Shown here in pieces: positions 56,068 through 64,000 of a DNA stretch of 64,000 bases; the first letter of the stretch is position 1, and every line of letters begins with the position of its first letter. Under the pieces are notes generated by a model. That model was not told the DNA's origin and ran no database searches. It saw only the letters and a list, made by a program, of their open reading frames with translations. Both the position numbers and the translations under genes were made by a program. This DNA comes from an uncultured Nitrososphaeraceae archaeon (GTDB taxonomy: Archaea; Thermoproteota; Nitrososphaeria; Nitrososphaerales; Nitrososphaeraceae), in the NCBI GenBank assembly GCA_963825865.1, contig CAWGVG010000018.1, positions 11,132 to 75,131 on the forward strand. The letters are read 5' to 3'.

Positions 56068-56229
56068 ATGAAAAGATTAGATATAATAATCCCTCATGAA
56101 CGCGTGGGAGAACTAAATGAACTGCTTCACAAGCACAATGTCGGTGGTATGACATTTTATGATATCAAAGGTAGAGGTCGTTCAAAAAATGAACCAATAT
56201 ACGTAGCTTGGCCGCAAGTAATGCAATGA
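56068..56229 (+). pseudogene. Second P-II family protein, N-terminal half only
   Basis: MKRLDIIIPHERVGELNELLHKHNVGGMTFYDIKGRGRSK, then abuts a convergent CxxC gene fragment. Confidence 0.7.
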
Positions 56230-57040
56230 ATGAGAAAACTGTTTATTTCTTTAATTCTTGTTGTAATAAAGTCATGCTCATGAACTATTATTTGACCTTT
56301 GAGTGGTCTAAGCGCCTTTATGGATTGACTACTACTCATCATATCATAATCATAGAAACAAGTTCATATTAAGACATGTAAGTTAAGGGCTCGAAGGGAT
56401 TAGACCCCGACCCATAGGAGGGTTCACTTGTTTTCGGTCATACTCTAATAGTTCAAATGATTTTATTTTCACAAATGCTTGGATTCGGTCGGATTAGTGA
56501 GGATACTATACTATTAGAAAGTAATGGTATATTTGACTTGAGTACCTGATTTATCTAGTATGATTTAATGAAGCTATAACTGTTGACGGTATCAAATTAG
56601 TCTAGACTTGTTCGTTTACCTATTCTTAGTAACGATTCAATTATAACTAGATTATATATTAAGGCCTACCTAATTGCTGTAATACCTCTTGATATGCTTC
56701 CGTGCCAATACCAGTAGAAGATGCCAGATATTTTGAAAGAGCTACTATGGACGTTTATTTGCACTTCGAGATGAAATTGCAAAACAAGGATTTAAAATAG
56801 ATTGAAGAATACAAGATGGGTCAATTCACATTTATCGAATCCAAGAAAATATTATGAATTACAAAGGTAATTCACAATGGATAAAACTAGCTTTCATCTA
56901 AATAACTGAGACTGGGGCATAATTTGATCACGCAATTTTCAAGCAGTTTTCTGGTTGATTAGCTTCTGAAGATAGCTTTATTCAAAACCATCAATAGATA
57001 TTGGTAAAAATATAAGCAGGCAATTATGCCCCAGCCTCAA

Positions 57041-58270
57041 CTAACTAACATCTTTGCTCATATGACTTTTAATTGCATCTTTTAATGTCTGTGTGACATT
57101 CGGAAGAATTCTAGGATCATTTACCTTAGGAATTATGTATTCCTCTTTCAAATGAGTTCCCTCAACTAGCGAAGCAATAGCATATGAAGCAGCTACTAAC
57201 ATGTCTTCGTCCAAACCTTTTGCTCTCATATCAAGCAATGCCCTGAGAACAGAAGGGAATACTACAGCATTGTTAACCTGGTTGGGAAAATCTGACCGGC
57301 CTGTAGCTACAATCCTTGCGCCAGCTTTCAATGCATCTCGAGGAAGTATTTCAGGATCTGGATTACTTAATGCAAATATTATTGCATCTTGGTTCATTGA
57401 CTTTACCATATCAGTACTTAAAAGTCCAGCTTTACCAGATACACCTATGAAAACATCGGCATCTTTGATTACATCTGTCAAATTCCCTCTCAATTTCCTT
57501 GGATTGCTTTTTCTGGATATTTCTTGTTTGGATATACTGTTATTGTTGTTATTATTGTCATTATCATAATCTTTTAGATCTTTTCTTCCTTCATATATTG
57601 CTCCTTTGCTATCAGTAACAACTATGTCTTTGCATCCTGCTTTTTCCAGAATCTTGAAAATACCATAGCCAGCAGAACCCGCCCCTGATACGACTACCTT
57701 TATACTATCTATTTTTTTCTTCAATAATTTTAGAGAATTTATCAATGCTGCCAAAGTGATTACAGCTGTACCATGCTGATCATCATGAAAAACAGGTATG
57801 GAAAGTTCATTTTGAAGCCTTTTTATTATATCAAAGACCTTGGGCGATTCTATATCTTCAATATTTATTGCTCCAAAAACAGGTTGAATTGCCTTAACAA
57901 ATCTGATTATTTCTTCCTTTTCTTTTGTTGCAATACATAATGGATATGCATTTATGCCAGCTAATATTTTGAACAAGATAGATTTTCCTTCCATAACAGG
58001 AAGTGCTCCTTCAGGTCCAATATCGCCTAGTCCAAGCACTCGTGTTCCATCACATATTATAGCAACGTTGTTCCATTTTGATGTATAATCATATGCCAAT
58101 TCTTTATTATTGTTTATTTCTGTAGCAACATATGCTACACCTGGTGTGTATATTAAGCCAAGTGTTCCCTTCTCTTCATCAAAAGCATTTTCTACAGATA
58201 CTTTATTGTGAATTTCGATCTTTCCTTTTAACATCCTATGAAGATTGATAGCGTCTTCCTTTGTATTCAA
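57041..58270 (-). CDS. mae: NAD(P)-dependent malic enzyme
   Basis: YTPGVA, DGTRVLGLGDIG, PVMEGK, FHDDQHGTA, GAGSAG, ATGRSDFPNQVNN. Confidence 0.95.
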   Translation of the reverse strand: MNTKEDAINLHRMLKGKIEIHNKVSVENAFDEEKGTLGLIYTPGVAYVATEINNNKELAYDYTSKWNNVAIICDGTRVLGLGDIGPEGALPVMEGKSILFKILAGINAYPLCIATKEKEEIIRFVKAIQPVFGAINIEDIESPKVFDIIKRLQNELSIPVFHDDQHGTAVITLAALINSLKLLKKKIDSIKVVVSGAGSAGYGIFKILEKAGCKDIVVTDSKGAIYEGRKDLKDYDNDNNNNNNSISKQEISRKSNPRKLRGNLTDVIKDADVFIGVSGKAGLLSTDMVKSMNQDAIIFALSNPDPEILPRDALKAGARIVATGRSDFPNQVNNAVVFPSVLRALLDMRAKGLDEDMLVAASYAIASLVEGTHLKEEYIIPKVNDPRILPNVTQTLKDAIKSHMSKDVS

Positions 58271-59022
58271 GCAACCTTCACTACTTGCAAGATAGATATA
58301 TTATTATTATTATTTTTTATGTTATTGGAGGAATTACTATGACTCTCCGATACAGATTATTATAACCAGTATAACAAATAAACAATCTGATATGATTTCG
58401 AGGAAAGATTATGATGATTTTATCATACTTTAGAATTGAACTGAGATATAACAAGCAAGTAGAAGATTTTCATGTCGTCACCACCTTCATAGCATAGGTG
58501 TGATATATGGCTGTGTAAGTTGTATTTTCACCTATCCCAAATACTGCACTTGGTTATGACATTTATGCTGATCATTGCCGCATTGATGCTCGGGTACGAC
58601 TACTACAATAATCAATCAATCAATCAATCAAAGGACGTAATACTGGACATTTCTATTCTAATAAGCCAATAATTCTAAAATAATAATGCCTTAATCTTTT
58701 ATAGCGTAATTAAAGATTATCGTGATTTATTATTTGATCGTTTGTTCTTCGTTTGGCATCTTGTTCATGTCTTTTTTCTTTTTTAGATACTGTTAATAAT
58801 AGTAATAACGTGTTAGTTAGTTTTTTTTCTGGAGAATGTGAATGTATATTTTTTAAAATATTATGTACTCAGCAACCTTAACAAAATCCTCAGCCAATAC
58901 GAAGACCATTTTCATTTGGATTCCACACTCTATATGGTTTTCTATTTTGAATTTCTAGTCTTACGCATTGAGAATCTATTTTCTCATTTATAGTTTAGTA
59001 GCTACTAGGTAGGCTGGCTAGC

Positions 59023-60243
59023 TCATTTGATATCTTTTAGTATTTGGTTAGTCTTTGATTCTCCATCCTTGATTGAAGCCTTTATTGTACCTGGTGAAAA
59101 ATCTGCATTCTCATAAGGAGATGGAAATGGCTCGCTCCTGGTTATATAATATACGCCCTTAATTTCTGCCCCATGTTCCTTTGATATTTTTTTATATTTT
59201 GCTCGGATCTTTTTCATTTTCTCTTTATCTTCTTTTTTCTCTGAATCAAAATTGTTTTCAAGCATATGGTAAATCTCATCGATAAACTTTAGATAGTAAG
59301 TGAATGCTTTGGACATTTGGACATTGTGCATAGTTTTATCACTGAACATGATATCTCTTGCTCTATGCTGTATCTCCTGTAAGTTGTCTGGCAGATGGTC
59401 AATATTTTTTGGGTAATTTTCGACTAAAAAAATCCGTTTGTCATTTACAGGAGAGGCATCTATGACTTCTCTTAGCGGAGTATTGCTTAGCAAACTGCCA
59501 TCCCAAGCGTATACTCCTTTTTCTACTTCTATCCATTGAAAATAATATGATGGATATCCAGTTGCAGCTAATATGTGCCTTGAAGCTATTTGCTGTTTAG
59601 AACTATCAAATATTAGTGATTCGGCATTCAAGACATTAACTGCTGTCATAATCAGACGAGCGTTAGGGTTACCTTTTGGTTTTAACTTGTTATAATCTAT
59701 GTACTTTTCTAAAGTCTTTACTAGAGGTGAATGATCAAATAGATATGTCCACTTGTCTGGCGTAAAATACTGTGGATCTGTGAATGCGAATTCAGGCCTC
59801 CATCTTGGCACAAAGACCTTTTTATTTCCATAAAGTGCTGCACTATAAAATGACAATGTTGATTTTGTTTGTGAAATATGTGTTATTGCTGAGTGGTCTG
59901 TGGTTTGTGATGGTGATGGTGTTGGTGGAGGTAATGGTGTTAGTATTGGTATTGATGTTGATGTTGATGTCGGATATCCAGCTAACCATTCTATAAAAGG
60001 AGGATTTAAGTTTGCACTACTGCCCTCAGCTAGTTCCAACCAGTATTGTTCTAATGCCTTTTCAGGATGATCTTCTCCTTTACTGCCTGCTATTAGAGAA
60101 GCATTTAGCCCACCAATTGATGTACCCGCAACTATGTCAATTTTTATATTGCTATTTGCAAGTGCCTTGAAGACTCCGCAGCCAAAGGCACCTAAAGAAC
60201 CTCCCCCTTGAAGTATCAGGACATTTTCAATGGTATCAGACAT
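59023..60243 (-). CDS. Patatin-like phospholipase/esterase with DUF3734-like C-terminus
   Basis: LQGGGSLG, GTSIG, WDGSLLSNTPL, ADFS...IKDG. Confidence 0.9.
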   Translation of the reverse strand: MSDTIENVLILQGGGSLGAFGCGVFKALANSNIKIDIVAGTSIGGLNASLIAGSKGEDHPEKALEQYWLELAEGSSANLNPPFIEWLAGYPTSTSTSIPILTPLPPPTPSPSQTTDHSAITHISQTKSTLSFYSAALYGNKKVFVPRWRPEFAFTDPQYFTPDKWTYLFDHSPLVKTLEKYIDYNKLKPKGNPNARLIMTAVNVLNAESLIFDSSKQQIASRHILAATGYPSYYFQWIEVEKGVYAWDGSLLSNTPLREVIDASPVNDKRIFLVENYPKNIDHLPDNLQEIQHRARDIMFSDKTMHNVQMSKAFTYYLKFIDEIYHMLENNFDSEKKEDKEKMKKIRAKYKKISKEHGAEIKGVYYITRSEPFPSPYENADFSPGTIKASIKDGESKTNQILKDIK

Positions 60244-60287
60244 GGCGAAATTTTCTGATCCTTGATATCAACAATTCATGCTCCATA

Positions 60288-61734
60288 TCACTCCACATGG
60301 TGCTCGTAAATCAATTGATCATAGAACCTGACAGACTTTATGTTTACAAATTCAAGCATCCCGTACCTAGATAATTCTCTGCCAAATCCACTATTCTTTA
60401 CACCACCAAATGGAACTCTAGGATCTGAAACTACCACACTGTTTACTGTAACTATTCCTGATTGAACCAATGACGATAATGTTTCTGCCTTATCTAAATC
60501 CTGAGTCCATATGCTTGCGCCAAGACCAAATTTAGAATCATTTGCAATTGTGATAGCTTCTTTTTCGTCATCAGCTGTAATTATCGGTGCCACAGGACCA
60601 AACACTTCTTCTTGTGCTATTTCCATATGTGGCAACACATTCTTAAGAATAGTTGGACTGAAGAAGTAACCTTTGTTTTTGATTCTTTCTCCACCTGAAG
60701 AAACTCAGCTCCTTCCTTTAAAGTTCTATTTACTATTCCTTCCATATTCTCAAGGCTTTTAGCACTAACAACAGGTCCAATATCTGTATCGTCTGATAGC
60801 GGGTCTCCTACTTTGAGTTTTTCAGTCTTTTGCACAAATTTTTCGATAAATTCGTTTGCCACTTTTTTTGTAACAATAAATCTCTTTGATGCTATGCAGC
60901 TTTGTCCACAATTAATAAAACGTCCTTTGACAGCACCGGTTGATGCCTTTTCAATATCTGCATCTTCACACACTATAAAAGGATCACTCCCACCTAGTTC
61001 AAGAACTGTTTTCTTTAGCTGTGAAGTCACTCTCTGTGCCACTTTTGCACCGACTGGAACACTTCCAGTGAAAGTTACTGCGCTAATTCCATCTGAATCT
61101 ATAAGTGGCTCTGCAATACTAGAATCTCCAATAAGTGTTTGAAAAACGCCTTGTGGTAATCCAGCCTTTTCAAACGTCTTTTGAATTTCTATTCCACATT
61201 GCATTGTAGCGCTTGCAGGTTTCAATACTATTGTGTTACCGACCATTAATGAAGGAGCAGCAAACCTTAGTCCTTGCCAGTAAGGAAAATTCCATGGCAT
61301 TATACTTCCGATTACCCCAAGCGGTTCAAATATTATGATACTTTTTCTTGCATCTGTGTTAACAACTTCGCCTGTTGCAAAAATTTTTCCATGATCTGCA
61401 AAATATTCTATTGCCCACGCGCATTTCTCTACCTCCGATCTGCTTCTTTTATCGCTTTTCCCATCTCCTGTGTAGCAGTTTTGGCTAGATTTTCTTTGTT
61501 CTTCCTGAGTTCTTTAGCAAATGCATAAAGGAAATCTGCTCGCTTATCAATATCCTTTTTCCATTCTAAGAATGCATTTTTTGATTGCTTTACTGTATCA
61601 TTTAATTGTTCTTTACTAATTATTGTATACTCATTAAGAACTTCTTCTGTGGCTGGGTTGATTGTCTTTAATTTTTTATCGGTAGTTGGTGTTGATAATG
61701 AGTCCTTTACATCATCCTTCATGGATTTCAGCAC
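60288..61734 (-). pseudogene. gabD: NAD(P)-dependent succinate-semialdehyde dehydrogenase-like aldehyde dehydrogenase, two frameshifts
   Basis: INPATEE, MPWNFP, FTGS, LELGGSDP, GQSC, EEVFGP, PFGGVK; single-nt shifts at ~61440 and ~60697. Confidence 0.85.
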
Positions 61735-61923
61735 TGCTCTCCTGATGGTTTATTGCCATCATTCAGTATTTGTGGACAATCCATGGTTTTGTTATATCTA
61801 ATATTTTTTGGAGTACCATCTTCTTCATATATATTATATGAGATAAAAAGGTGATATAATTACATGAAACGCAAATAGATGTAGAGATATGCGATAAATT
61901 AGGAATATCAATAAGGCCTTACG

Positions 61924-62170
61924 ATGTCTGGAATTTCCAAAATACAAATATCTGTGCTCAACAACAAAAGAACAAAGAGAACAACAACAAGCTATCAATA
62001 AAGCACTAGATGAAACCAAGAACAACATCAGAATAACAACAGATGAAGCAAGGAAAGATATCCCGCGTTATACTCAGATTGTCAACGAGTATCAAGAGGA
62101 AACTATTCAAGCAGCCAGACAAATGGCAAATAACTATCTATTCAGGATTTATTCAAAGGATCTGGACTAA
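61924..62170 (+). pseudogene. Gln-rich helical protein fragment (phasin-like?)
   Basis: EQREQQQAINKALDETKNNIR...EARKDIPRYTQIVNEYQEETIQAARQMANNYL; frameshifted and truncated. Confidence 0.5.
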
Positions 62171-62420
62171 TTAAAATTGATGATAACCTAACTTTAAGAT
62201 TAAATGATAATGGAATCAAGTATTGTGAGAATCAACAATTCTAGTTCGGACTTTTACACGTCAAACCAACACAGTTAGTATATACGGCAATAACTATGAT
62301 TTACTTAGCCAGCCATGATATTACCAAGTCTTGTAATGGTGGAAAAGAACCTTAATAAATAATCCTCAATTGACATGATATCTCTTTTTGTTTGCGTAAT
62401 ACAGAACAAATGGCCAGTAA

Positions 62421-63660
62421 CTAAAATTTTGGAAAACGATGATGTGGATGACGTTTCACATCTAATATGACTTGACCTGTACATGCTATAGCCATGATAC
62501 CAATAAGAACTGCTGGTAGTATTAAGATACCGTCTTTTAACGTTGCACCAAGCACAAGTACCAGCTGTTGCAGCTGCGATGCTATAGATTGCTCCTGTAT
62601 ACGTTGTTGATTTCTTTGAATTATCTGATGCTGATGAAGATGATGAAGGAGAAACAGGATTAGTAGGAGTAGTAGTAGTCATTGCAGATGTCAATTGTAT
62701 TACTCCTAGTGTAAGCAAACAAAGGAAAGTTGAGATACACAGAAGCCATTTTTCCGAGGAAGGCAAAGCTAAAGCTTGATTACTCAAAACTATGTGTTCT
62801 ATACTAACCCCAAATGCAGTAAAGCCAATTATTAATGGAAAATGTATGTACAACCAAGTAATGTATATTCCTATTTGCCTATTTTCACGAAGACTCTTAT
62901 TTCCGAACCATCAACAGTATCAAAATATACCCACCACAAACTAAATGCTATACCTAGCCCAAGACCTGCAGAAATTATAGAAGATACAGTCCAGTTATCA
63001 GCTGCCAATTCCATCAACAACTCCTAGTATAGAGATTCCTAAAACAATAATTGTAAATGAGCCAAAACGCTCCGGTAAATGGTGGACATGTGGTGCGAAT
63101 TGTACTGAAAGTTGTCTTGCAAATAACAAAGGACTGGCTATATCAACTGCCAGTCCTATTATCCAGAAAATTAACCTAATTGGTGTAGGTAAGAATATAG
63201 ATGCAAACCATATTCCTGCTCCGATAGAAAATCCTATAGAATATCTAGTAGTAAGTTGACGTGCTCTGGAATATTTCTTCTCGTACGCAAGTATTCTATT
63301 ACAAGAATAGAACGCATTAATGCATAAGAGAGTGCAAACCAGACAGAATTCTTACCTAATCCATCAGGTACACTTACTGCCATCAAAGCACCATGCCAAT
63401 CTGCAATAGCATTAAAAGTCTATGTGCCAAATCATCTGTCTCAAATCTTGTTGAATAAAATGTTACACCAACCCATGACCATACAACTGGAATAAAAAGA
63501 GCTACGAAACTGAGAAATCCATATACAGACACATCTGATTGAGCTCCCTACTCAGCTGAAAGACTATGATGGCAACAATCAGGTCGTAAAAGTTTTCTAA
63601 CCATGTAACGTGATGCTCTTATTCGCTTTCTCCAACTGTCAATTTTTATCATTTTCCATA
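62421..63660 (-). pseudogene. ltrA: Low temperature requirement protein A (LtrA) membrane protein, multiply frameshifted
   Basis: HVTWLENFYDLIVA, STRFETDD, HLPERFGSFTIIVLG, WWVYFD, YIHFPL motifs spread over several frames. Confidence 0.8.
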
Positions 63661-64000
63661 TATGACTATTCTTACAAGTTTATCACAAAAACAACAATTC
63701 AAAAAGACTGCTTCTATCGCATCAATGACCCTGCAGATGTAATTTCAAAATACAACAACTATCCTAGAACGATGTATGACCTTTTAATAATAGACATTCT
63801 GAGTGTATTTCAATATGATGAGCTTAAAGCTAGATTTTTCGTCATCATCTTCTGGTGGTATTTCGTTTATTAGAAAACCAGTAGTATTATTCTATTACTA
63901 CAATTATCCTTCTAGGACTTATTACAATGAGGTGCAGGTGTCATACAGTTTCTTTGGCATCATACCATTGTCGCAATAATCTTCTCATAATAGGCATTGC

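Noticed and set aside
58608-58631. (ATCA)n microsatellite, plus AAT/AAC runs encoding poly-Asn in several genes
   Set aside because: Low-complexity slippage tracts that are common throughout this window, with no link to phase variation evident
63610-63873. 87-aa plus-strand ORF at the window end
   Set aside because: Overlaps the ltrA 5' region antisense and has no motifs

Overview
AT-rich (roughly one-third GC by eye) archaeal DNA whose gene content points to a soil ammonia-oxidising archaeon of the Nitrososphaeraceae (inferred from cupredoxins, a CHRD protein, a PQQ-type sugar dehydrogenase, F420-dependent PPOX/DUF385 enzymes, many small CxxC proteins, a DUF6659 remnant and poly-Asn/poly-Ser tracts). 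It is a low-coding-density accessory region. Intact-looking genes include a ferritin-like protein, an orphan type III-like Mod methyltransferase, CDF and EamA transporters, a Rieske-flavoprotein fusion, a class III nucleotide cyclase, HtrA, a phosphoesterase, malic enzyme and a patatin. These are mixed with many frameshifted genes and with mosaics of unrelated gene fragments joined end to end. There is one complete IS630 element. I found no rRNA, intact tRNA or CRISPR array. Most notable observations: (i) a decayed gene that reconstructs as nucleotidyltransferase + winged helix + TFB-like cyclin domain; (ii) a four-unit, ~21-bp-phased array of the palindrome ATCRCTAGCGAT, with a fifth copy upstream of the phosphoesterase; (iii) a TAAC-N3-GTTA motif shared by several zinc-finger gene promoters, one of them next to a divergent RHH regulator; (iv) a GC-rich bacterial muconolactone isomerase fragment; (v) a possible PHA-mobilisation cluster. 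All family assignments come from motif recognition by eye, not database searches.
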